Shown: positions 11,883 through 22,441 of the stretch, piece after piece
How the letters are laid out: each line of letters begins with the position of its first letter
How positions within the stretch are numbered: position 1 is the first letter of the stretch
Source: Carcharhinus amblyrhynchos
Taxonomy: Eukaryota
Length of the DNA stretch: 64,000 nucleotides
Assembly: GCA_965287045.1 (NCBI GenBank)
Contig: OZ336894.1
Coordinates: 13,268,001-13,332,000 of the forward strand
Reading direction: 5' to 3'
Notes under the pieces: generated by a model
Seen by the model: only the letters and a program-made list of their open reading frames with translations
What the model was told of the DNA's origin: nothing
The model's database searches: none
Translations under genes and position numbers: made by a program

Positions 11883-14859
11883 CTGCTTCTTTAAACTTTT
11901 GAAATCTGGGAAGATCATATTTATACATGCTGTACATTGTTTCAGGTTTCAGCTTTGCCGCATTAGGGATAAAGTCCTTGAGTAGCTCAATCAATTTTGA
12001 TTTGTCCATCATTTTGACTTTAGTTGCATCTTGATCAAAGGGTATTTCCTCCCCCTGAAAATGCTCCTCAGCTGTGATGCTGACATTATTGTCAGATCCT
12101 GTCGTGTGCTGCTGCTGCTTATTTTGCTGTCTCCAATTTGGTTCTGTGAAGGTCTCGGGTGTAATGACAACCTCAAGTGTGCTCGCCCTGTTCAATGCAG
12201 AAGGCTTACTCTTCATCAAGTTCTTCGTTCTGCCAGGATTCTTGCGTCCTGACAAGCTGCCTTTCTCTTGCCTGTGTTTCTTGGAGGTTTTGACAATTTC
12301 TTGACAACCTGTGCTAGATGTATGCTTTATTCGATCACTCTGCTTTGTAGTGATCTCTGCAAAGTCACCAATGTCCACAGCGTCGGTGTGGTCTGTTGCT
12401 TCTTTCTCTGCAATCCCACCTGGACTGCATTTTACTCTCTGTTCCTTGAAAGATTTGTTAATGCTTTGTTGCAGGTCTGCACTGTGATTTTCAAATGGCA
12501 ATACGTTGCTTATTTTACATTTCTTGACTGATTTTAGTGGCACTTCAGAACCACTGAGAGAGCCATCTTTGTTAACACTGTTATCAAATTCAATTTTCTT
12601 CTTTGTCCTCTTGAATTTTTTGGCTGAAGTTTCTGTATCAATGTCAACAGATTCTGATATTGCCCTCTTTCGGTGAGGAATCTTTGCAGCAGTCTCAGAA
12701 TTATTACCGCCTTCTGCTGACTTACAATGGTATTTTCCACCCCGCTCTTCTGCTGAATTGGAACAACGTTTCCGTTTCTTCTTGTGGCCATCTCTGCCAT
12801 CCATTATCTTGGGACTCTGCACTGCTTTTGTAGTAATCTCTATAACATTTTTCAATGCCTTGACATGGTCCTTTTTCTTATCACTACTATCCATTAAGTT
12901 GGCACTTTGCGGCGTTTGTTTAGTCTTTACTGCAGACATCAAAACATTTGTCTCATCTGCTGAGCAGGAATGATGTACTTTTTTATTTGTTTGATAGCCT
13001 TCATTCTCCATCTTAATTTCTGTGGAATTCACCTGTGTAGCAACATCAATTTCTAATGAGCTGGGACGATGTTTTTCCATTTTTGCCTCACCATTACCAA
13101 CTAACTGAAGATCCTGGATCTCCCAATTATCACATCCTTCCTCTGACCTGGAGTTGTGACTCTCTTTTTTCCTCTCCTTTTGTTTTTCTCTATTATTCCC
13201 TGCATACTGGATATTTTGCCAGTCTTGTCCAGTGGCCACCGTAACAGTCTCTGAACCATCGTGTAAATCTTCCAATGAAATGAGGCGGTTGTTCTTTTTC
13301 TTCTTTGGTTTACTTTCACTGTGACCAGATTCTCTGGGGTTTCGCACTTCTGAATCATGACATTCTTCCTCTGATCTAGAACAGTGTCTCTCTTTTCTCC
13401 TTGTCTTTAGTTTCTTTTCACTGTTAACTACATACTGGAGGCCATCTTCAGTATCTACTGTAACAGTCTCTGAACTATCACGCCCCACTAAAGATGCAGA
13501 ACGCTCCTTCTTCCGTTTCTTTTCACTATTACCCACAAACAATTGAGTGTTTAAGTCCTGTTCAGTGTTCACTGTAACTGCTTCTGAACTATCACAACCT
13601 TCTAACGCTGAAGAATGTTCTTTCTTTTTCTTTCGTTTCTTTTCACTATTACCCACAAACAATTGAGCATTTAAATCTTGTTCGGTGTTCACTGTAACTG
13701 TCTCTGAACTATCATAACCTAACAATGAAGAATGTTCTTTCTTTTTTTTCAATTTCTTTTCACTATTGCCCACAAACAATTGAGTGTTTAAGTCCTGTTC
13801 GGTGTTCACTGTAACTGTTTCTGAACTATCACAACCTTCTAACAATGAAGGATGTTCTTTCTTTTTCTTCCGTTTCTTTTCACTATTACCCACAAACAAT
13901 TGAGCGTTTAAGTCTTGTTCGGTGTTCACTGTAACTGCTTCTGAACTATCACAACCTTCTAACGATGAAGAATGTTCTTTCCTTTTCTTCAGTTTCTTTT
14001 CACTACCTGCAAACAATTGTGTATTTAAGTCTTGTTTGGTATTCACTGTAACCTCTGCAGAAATATCATACTTTGCTAAAGATGGAGAATAGTCTTTCTT
14101 TTTCTTCAATTTCTTTTCATTATTACCCACAAACAATTGAGCGTTTGAGTCTAGTTCAGTGTCCACTGTAACTGTCTCTGAAATATCAGACAAAGAACAC
14201 TCCTTTTTCTTCTTCCGTTTCTTTTCACTATTAGCTACAAACAATTGAGTATTTAAGTCCTGTTCGGTGTTCACTGTAACTGTCTCTGAACTATCACAAC
14301 CGTCTAACGATGAAGAATGTTCTTTCTTTTTCTTCTTCAATTTCTTTTCACTATTACCCACAAACAATTGAGCGTTTAAGTCCTGTTCAGTGTTCACTGT
14401 AACTGTCTCTGAACTATCACAACCTTCTAATGATGAAGAATGTTTTTTCTTTTTCTTCAATTTCTTTTCACTATTACCCACAAACAATTGCGTATTTAAG
14501 TCTTGCTCAGTGTTCACTGTAACCTTTGCTGAAATATCATTCTCTGCTAAAGATCGAGAACGGTCTTTCTTTTTCTTCCGTTTGTTTTCACTATTACCCA
14601 CAAACAATTGAGTACTTAAGTCTTGTTCGGTGTTCACTGTAACCATCTCGGAAATATCACAACCTTTCTTCTGTTTCTTTTCACCAAAGCCCTCTAACCT
14701 GGGACTTTGCACCTCTTGGTTAGCCTCTACAGCAGCAGTCTCTGGAGCATCGTCTTCCAGTGATCTCAAAGAATGCTTCTCCTTTGTGTTGCCACTGTGC
14801 TTCTGTTTTTTCTTCTTATGTAGTATATCTTGCATCATACTGTTGTTTTCCTCCATCAT
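11883..14859 (-). CDS. TTF1: TTF1 first coding exon: large Lys/Ser/Glu-rich N-terminal region with tandem repeats
   Basis: Lies within the 1005-aa ORF 11842..14859. Acceptor GAAAATAG|GAAGATA-ATG places the exon start at 14866; donor GAAGCAG|GTACGA at 11883. The 2977 coding nt end in phase 1, matching the next exon. The end LKDFIPN...MYKYDLPRFQKFKEAG resembles the TTF-I segment before the Myb domains. Confidence 0.92.
13365..14661 (-). repeat. Coding tandem repeat, ~120 bp / ~40 aa unit, 10 well-conserved copies plus 1 or more degenerate copies
   Basis: Unit consensus CDSSETVTVNTEQDLN[T/A]QLFVGNSEKK[L/R]KKKKEHSSSLEG. On the plus strand GTTCACTGTAAC-like motifs recur at ~108-123 bp spacing and the frame stays open throughout. 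Confidence 0.97.
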
Positions 14860-15232
14860 TATCTTCCTATTTTCAAAAACGGAATAAATATTAGTTTAAA
14901 CAAGAAAGTGCATGGAACAAAAATATCAATTCCTTTTCTCCTTTCCTCAACCAACTATTAAGAGATTCTTTAATGCATTTGCAACATGATCATTCAAAAT
15001 ATTTTGCTGTGCTACTAAGCAGTTTCCAAGGTCAGCAGAGAAAATGACACGAAGTCACAAAATAGATCTTTGATGTATTTCTTAAGATAGTTAGTGCAAT
15101 CAATGAACAACAGCAACACTTACTAGTTCCTCACTTCTTTCAGTGGATTCTTCAATCTTATTCACTATAATTCAGCTTCAGATTTTCTTTTAATATACTT
15201 ACATGTGTGTGCATGTATCTATTCACCATGCT

Positions 15233-15526
15233 GGGGCAGCATGGTGGCATAGTGGTTAGCACTGCTGCCTCACAGCGCCAGGGACCTGGGATCGATTCGC
15301 AGCTTGGGTCTCTTTCTGTGTGGAGTTTGCACGTTCTGCCTGAGTCTGCGTGGTTTTCCTCCAGTTACTCCAGTTTTCCTCTAAAGAAATGCAGGTTAGC
15401 TAAATTGGCCATGCTAAATTCTCCCTCAGTGTGCCCACTGCATCAGAGTGTGGCAACTAGGGGATTTTCACAGTACTTCCATTGCAGTGTGAATGTAAGC
15501 CTACTTGTGACTAATAAATAAACCTT
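15233..15526 (+). mobile_element. HE1-type SINE, alternative-tail variant
   Basis: Head GGGGCAGCATGGTGGCATAGTGGTTAGC; tail GTAAGCCTACTTGTGACTAATAAATAAAC. Confidence 0.9.
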
Positions 15527-16019
15527 AATATTCTGCAGCATGTGTATGGCCAGTTGTTTCACATTAGCATACAGCTCTATGGGTGCTGTTCAATGTCCGA
15601 TACATCATCCAAGTGGATAAACTTCATGTATCAGTCTGAAGAAAGTGCTAACAGACTTCCAAACTTTTATAGTAATTGCTAGAGCCTGATATTATTCTTA
15701 GCTGTAACGCAATTGCACCGCTCTTCACAATTCATTACACAGTAAGCAGAAGCCTTCATTAATTTTTTTAAAATTAATTCTCAGTGCTCAGTGATGCAAG
15801 GGCAGAATTATTGCCCATCTGTAATTTCCCTCAAAAGGTTGCAATGGTGCATCTACAGTTTGATGTAAGTGAGTGGTGTGTAAAGCCATTCTGGAAGAAC
15901 ATTGAGTCAAGTGCATTAGTGTGGGGCTTAAGAACAAAGGCCAAACATCACAAGCATGGTTGTTTTCAGCCTACAATACAAGCTTGTTCTCTACTGATAT
16001 AAAAACACCTTCAGTCTGT

Positions 16020-17520
16020 AAGAACATAAGAAATAGGAGCAGGAGTAGGCAGGCCATCTAGCCCCTCGAGCCTGCCCCGCCATTCAATAAGATCATGGCT
16101 GATCTGAAGTGGCTCAGTTCCACTTTCCTGCTTTCTCCCCATAACCCTTAATCCCCTTGCCTACCAAAAACCTATCTACCTGCGTCTTAAATATATTTAG
16201 CGAGGTAGCCTCCACCACTTCAACGGGCAGAGAATTCCAGAGATTCACCACCCTTTGAGTAAAGAAGTTCCTCCTCAATTCTGTTCTAAACTGCACCCCC
16301 CTTATCTTGAGGCTGTGCCCTCTGGTCCTGCTGTCCTTCCTGAGCGGGAAGAACCTCTCCACCTCTACCCTATCCATCCCTTTCATCATCTTATACTTCT
16401 CAATAAGATCCCCCCTCATCCTTCTAAACTCTAACGAGTACAAGCCCAGTCTATTCAGCCTCTCTTCATAGCTCAACCCCGGTATCAGCCTAGTGAACCT
16501 CCTCTGCACTCCCTCCAAGGCCAAAATATCCTTGCACAAGTGCAGCGACCAAAACTGCACACAGTACTCCAGCTGCAGCCTCACCAGTGCCCTGTACAGT
16601 TGCAGCAAGACCTCTCTACTTTTATATTCAATCCCCCTCGCTATGAAGGCCAGCATCCCATTTGCCTTCCTGACCACCTGCTGCACCTGTAGGCTGGGTT
16701 TTTGCGACTCATGCACAAGGACCCCCAGGTCCCTCTGCACCGTAGCATGCTGCAGCTTTTCGCCCTGTAAGTAGTAGTCCTTCCTACTATTATTCCTACC
16801 AAAGTGGATAAACTCACACTTGCCAACATTGTATTCCATCTGCCAGGTCCTCGCCCACTCGCTCAGCCTATCTAGATCCCTCTGCAGACTTTCTACACCC
16901 TCCGCACAATTTGCTGTTTCACTTATCTTTGTGTCATCAGCAAATTTCGACACCTTACACTTGGCTCCCTCCTCCAGATCATCTATATAAATGGTAAATA
17001 GCTGAGGCGCCAGCACCGATCCCTGGGGCACTCCAATAGTCACCAACTGCCAATCCAAACAGCACCCATTGACACCCACTCTCTGCCTCCTATTTGACAG
17101 CCAATCCCCTATCCACGCTAACACTTTACCCCCAACTCCATGCCCACTAACCTTCTGTAACAACCTTTTGTGTGGCACCTTATCAAACGCCTCCTGAAAA
17201 TCGAGAAACACCACATCCACCGGTTCCCCTCTATCCACTGCACTAGACACATCCTCATAGAATTTCAATAAATTTGTCAGACACGACTTCCCCTTAATGA
17301 ATCCGTGCTGCGTCTGCTCTATCAAACAATTCTTCTCAAGATGCCTCGCTATTTCCTCTTTGATGACGGATTCAAGCATTTTTTCTACAACAGACGTTAA
17401 ACTAACCAGCCTATAATTCCCTGCCTTTTGCCTGCTACCCTTTTTAAACAGCGGCATAACATTAGCCATTTTCCAATCTTCCGGCACTTCCCCGGAATCC
17501 AGCGAGGCTTGGAAAATAAT
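16020..17520 (-). mobile_element. Young 5'-truncated CR1 LINE with uninterrupted reverse-transcriptase coding region
   Basis: 477-aa ORF 16114..17547 with RT motifs (QHGF, DVVFLDFQEAFDKVPH, GVPQGSVLAP, FADD); no endonuclease domain; (TTCTTATG)n-type tail at ~16020. Confidence 0.96.
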
Positions 17521-18629
17521 CACTGTACTATACCACTGTAGCATCAATTACCAAATCTCTCTATCTACTTCATCAATATTGATGCTACTTTAACATCTGT
17601 CTGTAATACAAGTCAATTGCATTGTCATCTACTGGCTTGGTTATACTTGTCACAACAAAGACATGGATTCTGATGATTTGTCCTCCTTTGTTCCAAGATG
17701 GAGAAAGATTTTGTGGCTTCTTAGTCCCCACTACCATTCAGACAAATCTTCCCCGCATCCTTTCCAAAACATCAACGACCTTCCTAAACCATGTATAATT
17801 CTGGACAACACATTGCTGTAGCTGGGTATTTATTTCCCATCACCCATTATGTGCATAAACCTCCTTGATTCTCAGTTGAAGTCAAAAGACACAACCTTCC
17901 GCACTCTACCAAGCCAGGGTCCCTTCCCCACATACTGTCTTCCTGAAATTCACTTAAAGGTTAGACCACAAAATTTCATCCTGAGAATCCATTTCTTCAA
18001 TGGCTCTGCAAGCTAGTCAGCCTCCATATTTGACAAACTATCTCATTCAAAGTGCTGCAAGTTGCAAATGTGTTGTCTGAAGTATTGTATAGAAATAAGG
18101 ACGGAGTGCATGATTTTAAGATCTATGAACTACATCTGCACAAAGACCGCAAATAATCCTTCACCATATGAAGACTAGATTTTGGATTATCTGTATTACC
18201 AGGGTATCATCAAGTAAGATACCAAATTTCCTATGTACTGCACAATCTTGGGCGTGAATACCATGCTCATAGTCAATCTGCAGATACATATTTAAGAAAC
18301 TAAATGGTTTTATAAACTTCAGATTCCCATACCTATACATTGAGCAACCACTATTCAGCCAGACACACACCTTGAGGAAATCTAAGCTGCCTTCTTGGTA
18401 ACAAAGTTGAAAAAACTACTCAATTTTTCCCATTAGTTCATCCCTTTTTATGTTAAATAATTCATGAAACATGAGCAATTTTTAATATTTTTACTGGAAG
18501 CTGTTCCCAGCATATCTGCCATCCTCCCTGAAGCTTCACGCTTCTATGTCTATAAGGTATTCCCTGACATCAGTGCCCATTTTTAAACTTTCCTGATTAT
18601 TTTTTAATTTCTCTTTGGTATATCAACAT

Positions 18630-18935
18630 TGCTGACATTTATTGTCCACCCTTAATTCATCTTAAGGTGGCATTTTTAAAAATGTATTCTTTTGTGGGAT
18701 GTGGGCATTGCTGGCTAGGTCAACATTTACTGTCTATCCCTACTTGAACCGCTCTGTCCATGTGATACAGCACCCACAGTGCCGATAGGTAGGGATCTAC
18801 AGGATTTTGACTCTGCGACAGTGAATGAACACCAAGTCAGAATGGTGTGTGGCTTGGAGGTAGTGGCATTCCCATGTGTCTGCTGGCCTTGTCTTTCTAA
18901 ATAGCGGTGGTCATAGGTTTAGAAGGTACTGTCTT
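18630..18935 (-). mobile_element. LINE 3' fragment (CR1/L2 group)
   Basis: GGGATGTGGGCATTGCTGGCTAGG...CATTTACTGTCTATCCC is the reverse of the tail seen at ~49020-49090. Confidence 0.6.
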
Positions 18936-19064
18936 ATGTTAACAATTAGGGAAAATTAAGATTAAAAAGAAATAGGGATAAAATAAATAGGGCGACTGTG
19001 TGAAAGGATTTTGATATGCGAATTAGTAAATCAGTGAGAAAAGCAAGTGGTTAATCTATGTGAT

Positions 19065-19205
19065 ATGGGGAAAATGGTGTTTGGAAAGGGTTGTGGGGAT
19101 AGGGCTGGGGGTTGGGCTTGGGTAAGATGCTCTTTCAGAGAGTTGGTGCAGACTTGATGGGCTGAATGGCCGCCTTCTGCATTTTCGGGATTCTATGGTT
19201 CTATA
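19065..19205 (+). mobile_element. HE1-type SINE 3' part
   Basis: GGGTAAGATGCTCTTTCAGAGAGTTGGTGCAGACTTGATGGGCTGAATGGCC...GATTCTATG. Confidence 0.75.
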
Positions 19206-20039
19206 GAACAGGTAACTTCAAAGTGGAGAGATAAGGAAATTGACATTCGTATGCAAAAGGCCAGATTCACAAGGTGGGTAACATCAAAGGGAAAGATTGC
19301 CACATCCCTAGCACAGTAACTGGAAAAGAGGACAGTAGCAACTTCCATCACAGGCGCACCCAGCTCCTAAAACAGTCTCCTGAAAATTAAATCATTGCTG
19401 ATTACACCTTTTCTGAAACCATATTCTCAAGTATGGATTAAAAAACCTGTGTGGTAATTATTGACTGAACAAAAGACATGAGAGTTCAGGAAACGTGAGT
19501 ATTTGAGACTAAAAGAGTAACCATTTAATATTGTGCAGAGCCATCATTGTAGTTAAGTGTACAGTTGTAGTGCAGTTGTATTTTTTTTACATTAATAAAT
19601 ATTCCTTAATTGATCACATGACTGGACCATTCCTTCCTGGTTTTTCATACCTTTTCTCACAGTATGCCAAATTGAAAATATACACCACTAAGTACCAGTG
19701 TTCGAAGTTACCCTTCTGGGTTTTGGGATATCCTCGCATTTAACATCTGCAGGGTTCTTAACACCAAGGTATTGATCATCATGCCACCAGCCCACAGGAA
19801 TATTCTGACTTGTGACTGAATGACTGCAGGAAGCTCAGTTTAAGATCATTAGGCATCCTTACTACCCCAAAGAATCCCTGCAGCAACTTCTGTGGCTGGA
19901 ATGATTCCTTTCAACAACCACAGCCATCTTTCTTTGTGCTGGACATAAACAAGAGAGATTTCCTCAGGCAGTCACTCTTATTTCACCTGTGGAATTCAGC
20001 TCTTTTGTCCACATTTGGACCAAGCCTGCAATGAGGTAT

Positions 20040-20643
20040 GGGGCACCAATGGCAAGCATTGGTGCCTCACAGCACCAAGGACCTGGGTTCAATTCCCAGC
20101 TTGTGTCACTTGCAGACTCTGCACAGACATTCTCCCCTGCGCAGATTCCCTCTGGGTGTTCTGATTTCCCCACACAATCTGAAAGACATGCTAGTTAGGT
20201 GTGCTGGCTATGCTAAATTCTCCCTCAGTGTCACCAAACAGGCAACAAAGTGTGGTGACTAGAGGAATTTCGCAGTAACTTAATTGCAGTGTTAATTATA
20301 GAATCTATCGTGCAGAAAGAGGCCATTCCGTCCATCGAATCTGCACCAACCACAATCCCACCCAGGCCTTATCCCCATAACCCCATGCATTTAGCCAAGC
20401 TAGACCCCCTGAAACTAAGGGGCAATTTAGCATGGCCAATTCACCTAACACACATCTTTGGACTATGGGAGGAGACCAGAGCACCCACAGGATACCCACA
20501 AAGATGCAGAGAGAACACGCAAACTCCATAAATAGTGACCCAAGGTGGAAATTGAACCCAGATCTCTGGCACTGTGAGGCAGCAGTGTTAACCACTGTGC
20601 CACCCAACGTTAATGTAAGTCCCACTCATCACTAATAAACTTT
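20040..20643. mobile_element. Nested SINEs: plus-strand alternative-tail copy with a minus-strand HE1 (20297-20608) in its tail
   Basis: The outer tail TTGCAGTGTTAAT|...|GTTAATGTAAGTCC is split, with GTTAAT duplicated at 20291-20296 and 20609-20614. Confidence 0.88.
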
Positions 20644-20694
20644 AATTGGGTGACCAAGCTCATTACAACAATACTTCCTCACATAATTTGTCTG

Positions 20695-21017
20695 TGGTTC
20701 CAGTGAAAGGCCATCAACCTGAAACGTTAATCCTGTTTCTCTCTTCACAGATGCTGCCTGGTCAGCTGAATATTTCCAACACTCTTTCTCAGAAAACGTT
20801 CGCTCACTCCTCTTCTGCAACACTTACAGGTCAAGACAGCCTAAATAAAAGCAAATTACTGCAGATGCTGGAATCTGAGATCAAAAGAGAAAACACTGGA
20901 AAATCTCAGCAGATGTGGCAGCGTCTGTAAGGAGAGAAAAGAGCTGACGTTTCCAGTCCAGGTGACTCTTAGGCGGTGCTAGACCTGCTGAGATTTTCCA
21001 GCATTTTCTCTTTTGGG
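20695..21017. mobile_element. Penelope-like remnants with inverted arms
   Basis: AAATTACTGCAGATGCTGGAATCTG...CTGGAAAATCTCAGCAG mirrored by CTGCTGAGATTTTCCAG; degenerate hammerhead cores at ~20696-20732 and ~20942-20972. Confidence 0.7.
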
Positions 21018-21386
21018 TTAGCTCAAGACAACATCTACCCCTTCCACGGACAGAGTGACCAATCTGTTGAACGCCTTCAGCGCTTTCTGCTAATATTTCA
21101 GCAGCCAGACAGCGTTTGAATCGAACGCTCGCCCCCTCTTTGAAAAGATAATTTTAAAAACAAGTCATTCAACACATGGCGCTGAGGCTGCTACACAACT
21201 AACACGAGGCCGGAAACTGTAGCCTGGTTTAAAGTGGCGGACATTCCAGTCAGTAAACTTTAACTTCAGTTTGCGATGGACTTCCTACATCTCCTTGTAA
21301 TTATTAACAGTTTTCTTTTGGGGGAGGGCGGGGGAGACCATTGGAAACTTTTAAACAACCCGGACAAGGCACGTTTCTACACTTAC

Positions 21387-21430
21387 CCACTCGCTCTTAA
21401 AGCCCCCCTGCACCGGAAGCGGAAGTGCCA
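21387..21430 (-). other. TTF1: Putative non-coding exon 1 of TTF1 (5' end uncertain)
   Basis: Consensus donor GTGG|GTAAGT on the minus strand (plus ACTTAC 21381-21386), next to the CpG-enriched promoter. Exon 2 has an acceptor 7 nt before the ATG, so an upstream exon is needed. Confidence 0.6.
21413..21427 (+). promoter_or_regulatory. Tandem ETS/GABP site
   Basis: CCGGAAGCGGAAGTG, the tandem GGAA arrangement typical of GABP-bound housekeeping and bidirectional promoters. Confidence 0.75.
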
Positions 21431-21434
21431 CCTA

Positions 21435-21447
21435 GGGTCAGAGGTCA
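21435..21447 (+). promoter_or_regulatory. Nuclear-receptor DR1 element
   Basis: GGGTCA-G-AGGTCA: two RGGTCA half-sites with a 1-nt spacer. Confidence 0.55.
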
Positions 21448-21481
21448 TAAAGCCATAGTAACCGTATCGGTCTTGGATACT

Positions 21482-21495
21482 GTTACCGTGGCAAC
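21482..21495. promoter_or_regulatory. RFX X-box
   Basis: GTTACCGTGGCAAC is a near-palindromic X-box; an X-box-like partial site CCATAGTAAC lies at ~21453-21462. Fits the promoter of a ciliary gene. Confidence 0.8.
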
Positions 21496-21519
21496 GGGTT
21501 TCCAACAGCAGCAACCATC

Positions 21520-21602
21520 TGCAAAACGGGTGCTTCGAGGAGCCTCTGGGTAAAATGATTCAACATGTTTGAATGTGCTCGCGCTTTTGGCTAAAATTTA
21601 AG
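21520..21602 (+). other. CFAP77: Putative 5' exon of CFAP77 (5' end uncertain)
   Basis: Downstream of the X-box, ending at donor-like TTTAAG|GTAAAA; contains short upstream ATGs at 21555, 21565 and 21573. Confidence 0.45.
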
Positions 21603-21831
21603 GTAAAAAAATGTTACGGAAAGAAAGACACATCGAAGTTAGTGCACGTTTGAGTTTATGCGATTAAGCTTCCCCAGAAAACCGGGACTGGAGCTCAGAA
21701 AGGCTCTCGTGTTTTGTTGTGGTTACGAAATGCGGTAAAATAAAATTCTTCTAATGTTTATTAACAATACTCAAGCATGATTTATTAGGGGAAATGGTGA
21801 TGTAGTTACATCACCATTCATACAGTTACTT

Positions 21832-22441
21832 TTAAAGTTTATTTATTAGTGTTACAAGTAGGCTTACATTAACAGTGCAATGACGTTACTGTGAAAATCC
21901 CCTATTGCCACACGGCAGCGCCTGTTCGGGTACACTGAGGGAGAATTTCAGACTGTGGGAGGAAAGCCACGCAGACACGGGAGAATGTGCAGACTCTGCA
22001 CAGAAAGTGACCCAAGCCGGCTCCCTGGTGCTGTGAGGCAGCAGTGCTAACAACTGTGCCACCCCATACTGGACTAGTAATCCAGAGGCCCGGCTCCTCA
22101 AAGGGGCTGTTGAATGATGTATTACACATAATAGGGTGTTGTAATAATGTCACTGTTAAAGTTTATTTACTAGTGTCACAAGCAGACTTACATCAACATT
22201 CATGAGGTTACTGTGAAAATCCCCTAATCGCCACGCTGCGATGCCCGTTCGAGTACATTGAGGGAGAATTTAGCATGGCCAATGCACCTAACCAGCACGT
22301 TTTTCAGACTGTGGGAGGAAACCCAAGCATCCAAAGGAAACCCACGCAGACACGGGAGAACGTGCAGAATCTGCACAGAAAGTCACCCAAGCCGGATCCC
22401 TGGTGCTGTGAGGCGGCAGTGCGAACCACTCTGCCACCCCA
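21832..22441 (-). mobile_element. Two tandem alternative-tail HE1-type SINEs (21832-22066 and 22156-22441)
   Basis: Both begin AAAGTTTATTTA.TAGTGT.ACAAG on the plus strand and are followed by the same flank CTGGACTAGTAATCCAGAGGCCC. Confidence 0.88.

Larger units (their letters stand above)
21405..21520. promoter_or_regulatory. Bidirectional TTF1/CFAP77 promoter
   Basis: CpG-enriched, repeat-free segment between divergent splice donors (minus 21386, plus 21603); contains ETS, DR1 and RFX motifs. Confidence 0.8.

Noticed and set aside
13365-14661. Regularly spaced repeats superficially like a CRISPR array
   Set aside because: Whole ~120-bp units are homologous with no unique spacers, they lie in an open frame of a spliced vertebrate gene, and there are no cas genes.
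12031-14887. Plus-strand ORFs antisense to TTF1 exon 2
   Set aside because: They are short shadow frames of the repetitive coding strand.
15233-15310. tRNA-like A/B boxes at SINE heads as tRNA genes
   Set aside because: They continue into SINE bodies and do not form complete cloverleaves.
16114-17547. 477-aa RT ORF as a domesticated gene or autonomous element
   Set aside because: It is 5'-truncated without endonuclease, its first codons come from flanking DNA, and it is near-identical to other young copies.
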